Shown here: positions 27,271 to 36,607 of the stretch, piece by piece
Layout: each line of letters starts with the position of its first letter
How positions within the stretch are numbered: the stretch's first letter is position 1
Source: Candidatus Omnitrophota bacterium
Lineage (GTDB): Bacteria > Omnitrophota > Gorgyraeia > JABMRJ01
Direction of reading: 5' to 3'
Assembly: GCA_013202745.1 (NCBI GenBank)
Contig: JABMRJ010000056.1
Location: 1 to 39,062, forward strand
DNA length: 39,062 bases
Notes under the pieces: generated by a model
Told to the model about the DNA's origin: nothing
Seen by the model: the letters and a program-made list of their open reading frames with translations, nothing else
Databases searched by the model: none
Translations under genes and position numbers: made by a program

Positions 27271-28422
27271 TTATTTAAAAAGACCCTTCACCTTCTCAAG
27301 GAAGGACTTCGATAATGGATTGACGTTGTCACCGCAGGCGTCGGCAAAATCCTTAAGAAGGGTCTTCTGATTCTTGTTTAAGTTTACCGGGGTCTCTATT
27401 TTGACTCTTATAAACTGATCGCCTTTACCGTGTCCGTCCAGTCTCGTAACGCCCTTCTGCCTCAACCTGAATACCCTGCCGCTCTGCGTCCCCTCCGGCA
27501 CCCTCATCTTTGCCTTTCCGTCAAGCGTCGGTATCTCTATCTCTGCGCCCAGTACGGCCTGTGTAAAACCTATGGGTACCTCACAGATTATATCATAACC
27601 CTCTCTCTTGAAAATAGGGTGATCTCTAACTAGTATAAATACATAAAGGTCTCCGCTGTTGCCTCCGCGCTGACCCGTCTCACCTTCTCCCTGGACACGA
27701 AGTCTGTTGCCCGTATGTATACCTGCGGGCACCTTGACCTTTATATTTCTCGTCACCCTGACAAGGCCATATCCATTGCATTTTGTGCAGGGCGTCTCTA
27801 TAACCTCCCCGGCACCGCCGCAGCGGTCGCATGTCCTTGATATGCTAAAGAATCCGCTCGAAGTGAGTATCTGGCCTTTCCCTTTACATGCGGAGCACTT
27901 CGTCCTCTTTGTGCCGGGCTTGGCGCCGCTGCCCTTACACGTTGTGCAGGATTCGCGTCTCGGCACCTCAATCCTCTTCTCTGTGCCAAAAGCCGCCTCC
28001 TTAAAGTCTATATCAAGCTCATACTGCAGATCCGCGCCGCGCCTTGGCCCGCTCCTCCTGCCGCCGCTTTGACCGCTGAATATATCCGAACCAAAACCAA
28101 ATCCGCCCAGTATATCTCCGAAATTGCTGAAGATATCGGAGAACTCATCGAAGTGTGTAAAGTCAGACCACTTGAATCCTCCTCCGGAAAATGCGCTCTG
28201 CATCCCGGCATGGCCGAATTGATCGTATGTAGCCCTCTTCTGCGAATCGCTTAAAACTTCATAGGCCTCGGAGACCTCTTTGAACTTCTCCTCGGCATCC
28301 TTGTTGCCCTGATTTTTGTCGGGGTGGTACTTTAACGCAAGCTTTCTATATGCCTTCTTTATAGCCTCCTGGCTTGCATCCTTACTCAGGCCCAGTATCT
28401 CGTAATAGTCGCGTTTTGACAC
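27271..28422 (-). CDS. dnaJ: Chaperone DnaJ
   Basis: J-domain with HPD, G/F region and four CxxCxGxG repeats. Confidence 0.97.
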   Translation of the reverse strand: MSKRDYYEILGLSKDASQEAIKKAYRKLALKYHPDKNQGNKDAEEKFKEVSEAYEVLSDSQKRATYDQFGHAGMQSAFSGGGFKWSDFTHFDEFSDIFSNFGDILGGFGFGSDIFSGQSGGRRSGPRRGADLQYELDIDFKEAAFGTEKRIEVPRRESCTTCKGSGAKPGTKRTKCSACKGKGQILTSSGFFSISRTCDRCGGAGEVIETPCTKCNGYGLVRVTRNIKVKVPAGIHTGNRLRVQGEGETGQRGGNSGDLYVFILVRDHPIFKREGYDIICEVPIGFTQAVLGAEIEIPTLDGKAKMRVPEGTQSGRVFRLRQKGVTRLDGHGKGDQFIRVKIETPVNLNKNQKTLLKDFADACGDNVNPLSKSFLEKVKGLFK

Positions 28423-30366
28423 TTACTGCTTACCCTTCTCCTTATCTTCATCTTCGACCTTGTATTCTGCGTCGACAATATCTTCGTTCTTCTTATCCGC
28501 TTCCTTTGGGCCTTCCGCGCCTGCCTGCGCCTGTGCCTGCTGTTGCTTCTGGGCGCTCGCCTTGTACATCTCTTCGGCAAGTTTGTGAGCGGACTTCTGT
28601 ATCTCCTCCTGAGCATTCTTTATCTCGGTTGCATTGTCGCTCGAGAGGACCTTTTTGCCTTTCTCAACGGCAGACTCGATCTTCTTCTTATCATCGGCAG
28701 ATACCTTATCGCCATATTCTTTTATGGACTTCTCTGTCGAATATATGAGCGCGTCGAGCTGATTCCTGGCATCTACAAGCTCGCGGCGTTTCTTGTCTTC
28801 AGACTCGTGCATCTTTGCGCTCTTTACCATCTTGTCGATCTCTTCTTTGGAGAGGCCGCTCGATGTCTCTATGCGAATCTTCTGCTCTTTTTCTGTAGCG
28901 AGATCCTTCGCGGACACATGTACTATGCCGTTGGCATCGATATCAAAGGCAACCTCTATTTGGGGAATACCCCTGGGAGCTGCCGGTATACCTATCAGGT
29001 CAAATCTTCCAAGAGTCCTGTTGTCACTCGCCATCTCCCTCTCGCCCTGTAAAACATGTATAGAAACGGCGGTCTGGCTGTCAGCGGCTGTTGAAAATAT
29101 CTGGCTCTTCTTTGTAGGTATGGTAGCGTTCTTCTCGATAAGTTTAGTCATAACCGCGCCGAGTGTCTCTATTCCCAGGCTCAGCGGGGTTACATCTAAG
29201 AGGACTATATCCTTGAGCTTTGAGTCACCGCTCAATATACCGCCCTGTATGCCCGCTCCGATAGCTACTACCTCATCCGGGTTGACGCCTTTATGGGGCT
29301 CCTTACCAAAGAGCTCCTTCACCAGCTTCTGCACCTTGGGCATCCTCGTCTGGCCACCGACCATGATAACCTCATCTATGTCTGAGGGTTTTAAGCCTGC
29401 GTCTTCCAACGCCTGCTTACACGGCGGCATCGTCCTATCAAGCAGGTCGTCGACCAATTGCTCCAGTTTCGAGCGGTTGAGTGTCATGGTAAGGTGTTTT
29501 GGGCCGCTCTGGTCTGCTGTTACAAAGGGGAGGTTTATCTCTGTCTGTGCATTGCTGGAGAGTTCGCACTTGGCCTTCTCCGCAGCCTCTTTCAGCCTCT
29601 GGAGCGCCATCTTATCCTGCCGGAGATCTATCCCTTCCTTCTTCTTGAATTCATCTGCGATCCAATCTATTACTCTCTGGTCGAAGTTATCACCGCCAAG
29701 GTGCGTATCTCCGTTCGTTGCCTTGACCTCGAAGACACCGTCTCCCAGTTCAAGTATGGATATATCGAATGTCCCGCCGCCGAGATCGTAAATGGCGATC
29801 TTCTCATCTTTCTTCTTCTGGAGCCCGTACGCCAATGAGGCTGCGGTCGGTTCATTTATAATCCTCAAGACCTCAAGGCCGGCTATCTTTCCCGCATCCT
29901 TTGTTGCCTGCCTCTGTGCATCGTTGAAATATGCCGGTACCGTAACTACGGCCTGGGTTACCTTCTCACCCAGATAGTCTTCGGCGGTCTGCTTCATCTT
30001 CTGGAGTATCATCGCAGATATCTCCGGAGGTGTATACACTTTGCCGTTTGCCTTTACTATTACATTACCCTTGGAGTCTTCATCTATTTTGTATGGAACT
30101 ATTCTTTCTTCTACCTCGACCTCTTCATGGCGCCTTCCCATAAAACGCTTTATCGAGAATATGGTATTCTCGGGATTCGTTATCGCCTGCCTCTTGGCCG
30201 CCTGGCCAACAAGGCGTTCATCGGACTTGGTAAATGCAACTACGGAAGGTGTCGTGCGTGCGCCTTCTGCATTCGCTATCACCATGGGCTCGCCGCCTTC
30301 CATTATTGCAACACAAGAATTTGTAGTTCCGAGATCTATGCCTATTACCTTACCCATTGACGTCAT
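28423..30366 (-). CDS. dnaK: Chaperone DnaK (Hsp70)
   Basis: [25 protein letters not shown] and [13 protein letters not shown]. Confidence 0.98.
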   Translation of the reverse strand: MTSMGKVIGIDLGTTNSCVAIMEGGEPMVIANAEGARTTPSVVAFTKSDERLVGQAAKRQAITNPENTIFSIKRFMGRRHEEVEVEERIVPYKIDEDSKGNVIVKANGKVYTPPEISAMILQKMKQTAEDYLGEKVTQAVVTVPAYFNDAQRQATKDAGKIAGLEVLRIINEPTAASLAYGLQKKKDEKIAIYDLGGGTFDISILELGDGVFEVKATNGDTHLGGDNFDQRVIDWIADEFKKKEGIDLRQDKMALQRLKEAAEKAKCELSSNAQTEINLPFVTADQSGPKHLTMTLNRSKLEQLVDDLLDRTMPPCKQALEDAGLKPSDIDEVIMVGGQTRMPKVQKLVKELFGKEPHKGVNPDEVVAIGAGIQGGILSGDSKLKDIVLLDVTPLSLGIETLGAVMTKLIEKNATIPTKKSQIFSTAADSQTAVSIHVLQGEREMASDNRTLGRFDLIGIPAAPRGIPQIEVAFDIDANGIVHVSAKDLATEKEQKIRIETSSGLSKEEIDKMVKSAKMHESEDKKRRELVDARNQLDALIYSTEKSIKEYGDKVSADDKKKIESAVEKGKKVLSSDNATEIKNAQEEIQKSAHKLAEEMYKASAQKQQQAQAQAGAEGPKEADKKNEDIVDAEYKVEDEDKEKGKQ

Positions 30367-30374
30367 GCCTCCTA

Positions 30375-30905
30375 TTAGTTTTGGTTTTTCTTTTTGCTGA
30401 CCTTTACCACAGACGGCCTTAAAAGGCGGCCGTTTAGTTTATACCCTGTCTGGATCTCTTCGACCACAGTATCTTCCTGGTGATCATCCGTCTCTACGAC
30501 TGCTATCGCCTCATGCACGTGCGGGTCGAACTTTTCGCCTATACTCTTAACCGCCTCTACACCATAATCCTTAAAGAGGCTGTGTAATTCCTTCTGAACC
30601 AATTTCACACCTTCTAAAACGGCATCTGATTCTTCTGTGTGCCTGATAGACGCCAGGGCCCTGTCGAAATTATCGATTATCGGTAAAAGGCGCATTATGA
30701 TATCTTCGTTGGCGAATTTTATAAACTCTTCTTTCTCCTTATTCAGCCTCTTTCTCGTATTCTCTACTTCCGCCTGTAGCCTGAGCCATTTATCATAATA
30801 TTCGTCGGATTTGCGCGCCTTCTCCACCATGGCTGTAAATTCACTTTTTTGTATGGAGATATTTTCTTTAGGTTCTTTCTTTGTCTTCTTCTGCTTATCT
30901 TTCAC
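30375..30905 (-). CDS. grpE: Nucleotide exchange factor GrpE
   Basis: [32 protein letters not shown] and [17 protein letters not shown] 30905 follows a GAGG RBS; the ORF track starts at 30926. Confidence 0.95.
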   Translation of the reverse strand: MKDKQKKTKKEPKENISIQKSEFTAMVEKARKSDEYYDKWLRLQAEVENTRKRLNKEKEEFIKFANEDIIMRLLPIIDNFDRALASIRHTEESDAVLEGVKLVQKELHSLFKDYGVEAVKSIGEKFDPHVHEAIAVVETDDHQEDTVVEEIQTGYKLNGRLLRPSVVKVSKKKNQN

Positions 30906-30927
30906 AAAAAAATCCTCTCGATGCACA

Positions 30928-31698
30928 TTAGATCATCTCTTCAAGGAGCCTGCTTATAGAATCGGTGATACTACTCAGTGTCGGGATGACCTTCTCATAT
31001 TCCATGCGCATAGGGCCTATAACGCCCAGGGTGCCGGCCACATCTTCGTCAATGCTGTAATTCGCCGTTATGATGGTGCATTCTTTAAAATCGGTAATCT
31101 TATTTTCGCTTCCTATGTGTAATTTTATGCCGCTGTCCTTTACATCCTCCATGAGTATCTCGAGCAGGTTATCCCGCTCCTCCAATATCCTCAAGACAGA
31201 GCATATCTTGGATATATCCCTGAATTCCGGGTGTTCTGCTAGATAGTGCGCGCCGTCGAAATAGAACCTCGACCTTTCTTCGTTTATTTCAATGCTCGGG
31301 AAGAAGGCAACTCCTGCCTGTGCGGTAAGCATGGAACATAGATGGAGGGCCTTTGAGATTACATCTTCCAAGCTGGAAGATCTAAGCAGGGAGATCTGCT
31401 CATCTGTATCGTAGTTTAACCGTTCTGAAAAATCGCTCGTCTCCATCAGGGAGTTGACAAAAAACCTGTAGCCCTTATCAGTCGGTATCCTGCCCGCTGA
31501 TGTGTGGGGCTGCCTGATGAGATCGAGCTCTTCTAATTCCGACATAATATTGCGTATGGTAGCGCTTGAGAGGCCCATCTCCTTTGAGATCATACCGGAA
31601 CCTACCGGTTCTGTGGTGCTCGTATGGTATCTTACTATCATATCGAGTACTCTCTTCTGCCTATCCTTCTTCGCCTCAAACCTCATCTGATTTACCAT
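30928..31698 (-). CDS. hrcA: Heat-inducible transcription repressor HrcA (short form)
   Basis: EPVGS, SSATIRNIMSELE, QPHTSAGRIPTDKGYRFFV and GVIGPMRMEY; located upstream of grpE-dnaK-dnaJ. Confidence 0.93.
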   Translation of the reverse strand: MVNQMRFEAKKDRQKRVLDMIVRYHTSTTEPVGSGMISKEMGLSSATIRNIMSELEELDLIRQPHTSAGRIPTDKGYRFFVNSLMETSDFSERLNYDTDEQISLLRSSSLEDVISKALHLCSMLTAQAGVAFFPSIEINEERSRFYFDGAHYLAEHPEFRDISKICSVLRILEERDNLLEILMEDVKDSGIKLHIGSENKITDFKECTIITANYSIDEDVAGTLGVIGPMRMEYEKVIPTLSSITDSISRLLEEMI

Positions 31699-31720
31699 AA
31701 AATTCTCCTGCTTTAAGAGA

Positions 31721-31747
31721 TTAGCACTCCATTATCAGGAGTGCTAA
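31721..31747. promoter_or_regulatory. CIRCE operator (HrcA binding site)
   Basis: Perfect TTAGCACTC-N9-GAGTGCTAA, 22 bp upstream of hrcA. Confidence 0.97.
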
Positions 31748-31753
31748 GTGTTT

Positions 31754-31781
31754 ATTCTATCATGCTGCGGTTTTATGTCAA
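31754..31781 (-). promoter_or_regulatory. Sigma70 promoter of the hrcA operon
   Basis: Minus strand TTGACA-16 bp-TAGAAT with an extended -10 TG, immediately upstream of CIRCE. Confidence 0.8.
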
Positions 31782-31798
31782 GTAAAATTTGAAGCGTC

Positions 31799-33043
31799 TT
31801 ATATATCTCTTTCTATTATTTTCATAACTTGTTGTGGCACTTGGGCTTCTATATAAACGCTTGTACCTTTATCTATCCTCTTTTTCACTACACCATGTTT
31901 ATATATAAGGTGTAATAACCGCATATTATCTGCAGGTAAATCAATCCGCACAAACGTCGTAAGCCCTCCAAGGTGCGACATTATCCTGTCAATAAGTTCA
32001 TCTATGTTTGTCTTATTCAGCGCAGAGATGAGGAGGCTATCCTTAAAATCCTTGAGCAGTCTTCTTTTTAAAAAAACGTCATCAATCTTATCCTCTTTGT
32101 TCAGTACGGTGATGATAGGCTTATCCTTTATCTTAAGCTCATCCAGGACAACATAGGTAGCATCTCGCTGCTCGCGCACCTTTGGATGGCCTGCATCGAG
32201 AAGGTGTACGATGAGGTCTGCCTCCACGACCTCCTCTAAAGTCGCCTTAAATGCCTCCACCAGGCTATGGGGTAATTTATAGATAAACCCTACGGTATCT
32301 GTAAAGAGTACGCTTTGATTATTCGGCAGGGTGTACTTCCTGATAGTCGGATCCAATGTGCTAAAGGGCATATTATCGGTCTGGATACCGGCACCTGTAA
32401 GCGCATTAAGGAGTGTCGATTTTCCGGAGTTTGTATAACCGACAAGCGCTATATTGAGGACGGAGAACCTGTCTCTCTTTTTTCTCCTCATAGACCTCTG
32501 CTTTGCGACACTATCTAAATCTTTCTTCAGCCTCGCCACCTTCGACCTTATGCGTCTCCTGTCGACTTCGAGCTTCTGCTCTCCGGGCCCTCTCGTCCCT
32601 ATGCCGCCTCCCAGCCTTGAAAGCATTACACCATCGCCGGAGAGACGCGGTAAGAGATACTCCAATTGAGCAAGCTCTACCTGTATCTTCCCTTCGCCTG
32701 ATTTAGCGCGCCTTGCAAATATATCGAGTATGAGCTGCGTCCTGTCTATAGTCTTGATGCCTACTATCTCTTCAATATTTCTCTGCTGCGTTCCGTTTAG
32801 GTCTTCACTGAATATTATGACATCGGCATCTTGCTCCTCTGCAATGAGGCGTATCTCATCGATCTTACCCTTACCGAGAAATAGGGACGAGGATATCTCT
32901 TTTATATTGCAGACCACCGTCTCGGCAAGCTTGACCCTGGCAGAGCGCACAAGTTCAGAAAACTCACCGGATATGTCTCCTGCGCTCCAATTATCCTTCT
33001 TTATCTTTTCTGTAATTATTATTACACCGACTGCTCTCTCCAT
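31799..33043 (-). CDS. hflX: Ribosome-splitting GTPase HflX
   Basis: DRTQLILDIFARRA, GGIGTRGPGE, GYTNSGKS, FSTLDPT, DTVGF and NKED. Confidence 0.96.
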   Translation of the reverse strand: MERAVGVIIITEKIKKDNWSAGDISGEFSELVRSARVKLAETVVCNIKEISSSLFLGKGKIDEIRLIAEEQDADVIIFSEDLNGTQQRNIEEIVGIKTIDRTQLILDIFARRAKSGEGKIQVELAQLEYLLPRLSGDGVMLSRLGGGIGTRGPGEQKLEVDRRRIRSKVARLKKDLDSVAKQRSMRRKKRDRFSVLNIALVGYTNSGKSTLLNALTGAGIQTDNMPFSTLDPTIRKYTLPNNQSVLFTDTVGFIYKLPHSLVEAFKATLEEVVEADLIVHLLDAGHPKVREQRDATYVVLDELKIKDKPIITVLNKEDKIDDVFLKRRLLKDFKDSLLISALNKTNIDELIDRIMSHLGGLTTFVRIDLPADNMRLLHLIYKHGVVKKRIDKGTSVYIEAQVPQQVMKIIERDI

Positions 33044-33044
33044 A

Positions 33045-33962
33045 TTATCCTGATATATCCTTTACTATTTGTTCTATCGCGTCTTTACTGGAGATCTTTT
33101 CTATATCTATCCAGGCTATATCTTTATCCGCCCTAAACCACGTAAGCTGCTTCTTTGCAAGATGTCTCGTATTCTTTTTAAGGAGCCCTTTTGCCTCTCT
33201 GAGCGAATACTCCCCGGCCAGATAACCCGACACCTCTTTGTATCCTACAGATGCCGAGGCCGTAATGCTCATCTTGCCTTTCTTTATTCTCTGCACCTCT
33301 TTTACAAGCCCCGCAGCAAACATCTCCTCGACCCTCTCTTCTATCCTTTTGTAGATTATATCCCTGGGCCTTATCAGCCCGAATCTCTTCACATTAAACC
33401 GCTTCTGTATACCTTCGGCCTTTTTCTTCTGCTGGGAGATGGGAAACCCTGTTAAATGGTATACCTCGAGGGCCCTTACGATGCGCCTAAGATCATTGGG
33501 GTGGATACTATCTGCTGCGGCAGGGTCTACCGCCTTTAACTTCTCATGCAATCGGCCCTTTCCGAATCTTTTTGCTTCTGCCTCCAAGCGCCTTCGCAGA
33601 TCCGTATCCTTCTTAGGCGATGGAAAGAGGCCGCCTATCAAAGCCTTTATATATAATCCGCTCCCACCCACTATAAGAGGTATCCTGCTCTTTTTTATAA
33701 TATCTTCTATTAAGGCGCTCGCCCTCTTTGCAAATTCTGCTGCGCTATATTCCTCGCCGGGATCGAGCATATCTATCAAGTGGTGGGGGACTGCCCGTCT
33801 TTGTTTCGGCGTAGGCTTCTGGCTCACTATATCCATAGAGCGGTAGGCCTGCATAGAATCGGCGGAGATTATCTCCCCGCCTATCCTCTTTGCAAGTCTT
33901 ATTGCAAACTCTGTCTTGCCAACGGCCGTAGGGCCGGCTATCGTTATGACCTTATCCTTCAT
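33045..33962 (-). CDS. miaA: tRNA dimethylallyltransferase
   Basis: GPTAVGKT, ISADSMQ, VPHHLID, GGSGLY, IHPND.RRIVRALEV and AKKQLTWF. Confidence 0.95.
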   Translation of the reverse strand: MKDKVITIAGPTAVGKTEFAIRLAKRIGGEIISADSMQAYRSMDIVSQKPTPKQRRAVPHHLIDMLDPGEEYSAAEFAKRASALIEDIIKKSRIPLIVGGSGLYIKALIGGLFPSPKKDTDLRRRLEAEAKRFGKGRLHEKLKAVDPAAADSIHPNDLRRIVRALEVYHLTGFPISQQKKKAEGIQKRFNVKRFGLIRPRDIIYKRIEERVEEMFAAGLVKEVQRIKKGKMSITASASVGYKEVSGYLAGEYSLREAKGLLKKNTRHLAKKQLTWFRADKDIAWIDIEKISSKDAIEQIVKDISG

Positions 33963-33964
33963 CT

Positions 33965-34546
33965 CTAATATGCCGTTATAGCTGCCTGGTATCCTATTCT
34001 TTTCAATTTTCCGGCAAATACTACAGCTTCTTTACGCGTTTTAAACTTCCCTATCTTCACCTTATAGATAGTGACCCTGCCTGACTGCTTTTCTTCTATG
34101 CGGACCGTATATTTTCTTCTCTTGAATTTTTTGTACAATCTATCTGCGTTTCTCTTACTCTTAAAACTCCCTACCTGCGCACAATAAAACTGTGGCTCTT
34201 TGATAGAAGGGCTCTTTTCTTGTATATACCCGAGTGCGCTGCCCGCCTCCCTTACTATGATCTCGTCTTTGGAAATATCGATTACGTATTCAAAATACTT
34301 CTTAGCCTTCACAAACTCATCCAATTTAAGATAACTTAATCCCCCGAGATAAGCTATTTCGCACTTAAACGCTGCTTTCTTATGCCCGGAGAAGAGCCTG
34401 TCGCATTCGTAGGCCGCTGCCCTGTAATCGTCCTGCAGATACAACCTCTCTGCAAGCTCCAGCTTTTTATTTATAGCGTGCGCATCATTAGCTATAAGAA
34501 AAAGGCTTAAGAAAAAAATCAACAGTATGGCAGAGCATCTTTTCAT
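33965..34546 (-). CDS. Secreted TPR-like + SPOR (peptidoglycan-binding) domain protein
   Basis: Signal peptide (..AHA), a helical TPR-like segment, and C-terminal YCAQVGSFKSKRNA..YKVKIGKFKTRKEA. Confidence 0.8.
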   Translation of the reverse strand: MKRCSAILLIFFLSLFLIANDAHAINKKLELAERLYLQDDYRAAAYECDRLFSGHKKAAFKCEIAYLGGLSYLKLDEFVKAKKYFEYVIDISKDEIIVREAGSALGYIQEKSPSIKEPQFYCAQVGSFKSKRNADRLYKKFKRRKYTVRIEEKQSGRVTIYKVKIGKFKTRKEAVVFAGKLKRIGYQAAITAY

Positions 34547-35301
34547 AAGAGCTTCTTCCCGTCTTTTTTAAATATATTGGATTGGAATATACCGCCCTTC
34601 TGGGCGACATACTGTAATCCTGTCTTTAGCACATTTAACCCGTATACAGTGCTGCGTGTAAAATTTATGGATGATGAATCATTGGCATACTTCGCAGGAC
34701 AGGCTATCTCACCTATCCTGAACCCGAAATATACGGCCTGGACGAGTATCTGGTTATCGAAGACAAAATCATCTGAATTCTCAAGGAGGGGCAACGTCTC
34801 CAATACCTTACGGCTGAATGCGCGAAGGCCTGTATGGTACTCGGAAAGTTTTTGGTTAAGCATGATATTATCATACAGCGTAAGAAATCTGTTTGCAATA
34901 TACTTATACACAGGCATACCGCCCTTTATGGCATTCTGGGCAAGGATGCGTGATCCCAGGACAATATCGTACTCGCCCGACTCTAGAAGTGAAATCATGG
35001 CCGGTATCAATTTCGGAGTATACTGATAATCGGGATGTATCATTATGATTATATCCGCCTCGCTCTCGAGGGCTTTCTTATAACAGGTCTTTTGATTGGC
35101 GCCGTATCCCTTATTTTCATCATGCGTAAAGATTGTAAGGCCTAGGCGCTTAGCTACACCTACAGTATTATCATTGCTCTTATCGTCAACTACTATAACC
35201 TCATCGACAGCACCTTTCGGTATATCCGAATATGTCTTCTCTAAGGTCTTCTCCGCATTGTATGCGGGCATAATTACGACTACCTTCTTTCCGTTAATCA
35301 T
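34543..35301 (-). CDS. Glycosyltransferase family 2 (polyprenol-phosphate glycosyltransferase/DPM1-like)
   Basis: VIMPAYNAE, VVDDKSND, NKGYGANQK, HPDYQY, VLGSR and SEYHTGLRAF. Confidence 0.88.
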   Translation of the reverse strand: MINGKKVVVIMPAYNAEKTLEKTYSDIPKGAVDEVIVVDDKSNDNTVGVAKRLGLTIFTHDENKGYGANQKTCYKKALESEADIIIMIHPDYQYTPKLIPAMISLLESGEYDIVLGSRILAQNAIKGGMPVYKYIANRFLTLYDNIMLNQKLSEYHTGLRAFSRKVLETLPLLENSDDFVFDNQILVQAVYFGFRIGEIACPAKYANDSSSINFTRSTVYGLNVLKTGLQYVAQKGGIFQSNIFKKDGKKLL

Positions 35302-36436
35302 ATAATATCCTCTTATTTTTCGATATTGATTTCTGTAGAACCAGAAGTTCCCTGTGGCGCTTCTCTTTTACTTCCCTCGGAACATCATCTTCCATCTTAG
35401 ATGAAGGGGCCGGAGGGCGCGGAGAATACTTAAATATATAAGCGGCATTGAACCTTACCTGTTTAAGCAGGCTCTTCGTGGCCTCGAAATCCTTCTCTGT
35501 CTCACCCGGAAAACCTACTATGACATCCGTAGTAAGCATGTGATCGGGGACTATCTTTCTGAAATGCTTTATCTTGCTCAGATAATATTTGGAGTCGTAT
35601 CGCCTATTCATATTAAGCAGTATCTTATCGGATCCGGACTGCGCGGGCAGGTGCAGATGCTTGGAAATGCCTTTCAGCTCACCCATCGTCTCAAATAATT
35701 CTATCGATGCATCCTTAGGATGGCTCGTCATAAATTTTATATTCTTCTTACCGTTTAAAGCGTCCATTGCCCTGAGGAGTTTTACAAAATTGATATTACC
35801 CTCAAGGTCCTTTCCGTATGAATTTACATTCTGGCCCAGGAGTGTGATATTTACATACCCCCTCACGAGGAGATCCTCCACCTCTTTTATAATATCATCC
35901 GGCCTTCGTGAGCGCTCATTCCCCCTTACATAAGGGACTATGCAATATGTGCAGTAATTATTGCACCCCCTGCTTATGGAGACGTAGGCGCTTCTCTTGT
36001 CGTTTCTGTGGCGGGGATTGGCCTCCGGCAGGTGGCCTGAAAGCTTACCCACATGCAGCTCTTTTTCGCGCTTTTTGATAATCTTTTTTATGATATCCGG
36101 TATTGTACCAATATTACCGGTCCCGCATACAAAATCAAGATGCGGCAAACTGTTAAAGAGCCCCTTACCGCGATGCTCTGCAGTGCAGCCCATTATACCC
36201 ATAATAATATCGGGGTTATCTTTCTTAATCTTCTTAAGCTGGCCCATATTGCTTATCATCCTGTCTTCGGCATGCTTCCTGACAGAGCAGCTATTATATA
36301 TGACAACATCCGCCTTATCCGGTGAGTCTGCCAGGCAAAACCCCTTCTCAAGAAGTATACCCGTCACAAACTCCGAGTCCCTCTCATTCATCTGACAGCC
36401 GAAGGTACGGATGTACACACTGGATTTATTTTTCAT
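35294..36436 (-). CDS. miaB: tRNA methylthiotransferase MiaB-like radical SAM protein, lacking the TRAM domain
   Basis: TFGCQMNERDSE, NSCSVR and MGC (UPF0004 cysteines), GCNNYCTYCIVPYVRG, LLGQNVNSY, HLPAQSGS, DVIVGFPGET and FKYSPRP. It ends at 380 aa. Confidence 0.88.
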   Translation of the reverse strand: MKNKSSVYIRTFGCQMNERDSEFVTGILLEKGFCLADSPDKADVVIYNSCSVRKHAEDRMISNMGQLKKIKKDNPDIIMGIMGCTAEHRGKGLFNSLPHLDFVCGTGNIGTIPDIIKKIIKKREKELHVGKLSGHLPEANPRHRNDKRSAYVSISRGCNNYCTYCIVPYVRGNERSRRPDDIIKEVEDLLVRGYVNITLLGQNVNSYGKDLEGNINFVKLLRAMDALNGKKNIKFMTSHPKDASIELFETMGELKGISKHLHLPAQSGSDKILLNMNRRYDSKYYLSKIKHFRKIVPDHMLTTDVIVGFPGETEKDFEATKSLLKQVRFNAAYIFKYSPRPPAPSSKMEDDVPREVKEKRHRELLVLQKSISKNKRILYD

Positions 36437-36492
36437 AACTTATTTACTTTCTTATAGTTATATAAACTACTTAGTCCGCATAGTTCATCTGC

Positions 36493-36520
36493 TTAACCTG
36501 GCAAATCTAACCAGGTTAGA
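36493..36520. repeat. Short palindrome cluster (TAACC-W-GGTTA type)
   Basis: Perfect TCTAACC-A-GGTTAGA (36506-36520) preceded 14 bp earlier by degenerate TTAACC-T-GGCAAA; also readable as TAACCTGG-N9-CCAGGTTA. Confidence 0.55.
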
Positions 36521-36607
36521 ATATTGAGAATATTGCATAAGTCTTTCTATCTCTGCCAGTTGTCATTTTGCTTCCGTTCTTTTATATAGGCTCTCAATAG
36601 TTCGGTG

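Noticed and set aside
28515-28550. Short repeats at the dnaK 3' end (QQQAQAQAG)
   Set aside because: Ordinary low-complexity disordered DnaK tail.
28793-29791. 332-aa + strand ORF antisense to dnaK (and other long + strand ORFs such as 24929-25681, 15426-16136 and 24215-24880)
   Set aside because: These are shadow ORFs of conserved minus-strand genes with no motifs; long antisense frames opposite dnaK are a well-known artefact.
36494-36520. Integron attC-like site (TAAC...GTTAGA)
   Set aside because: Far too short for attC, and there is no integrase or cassette array.
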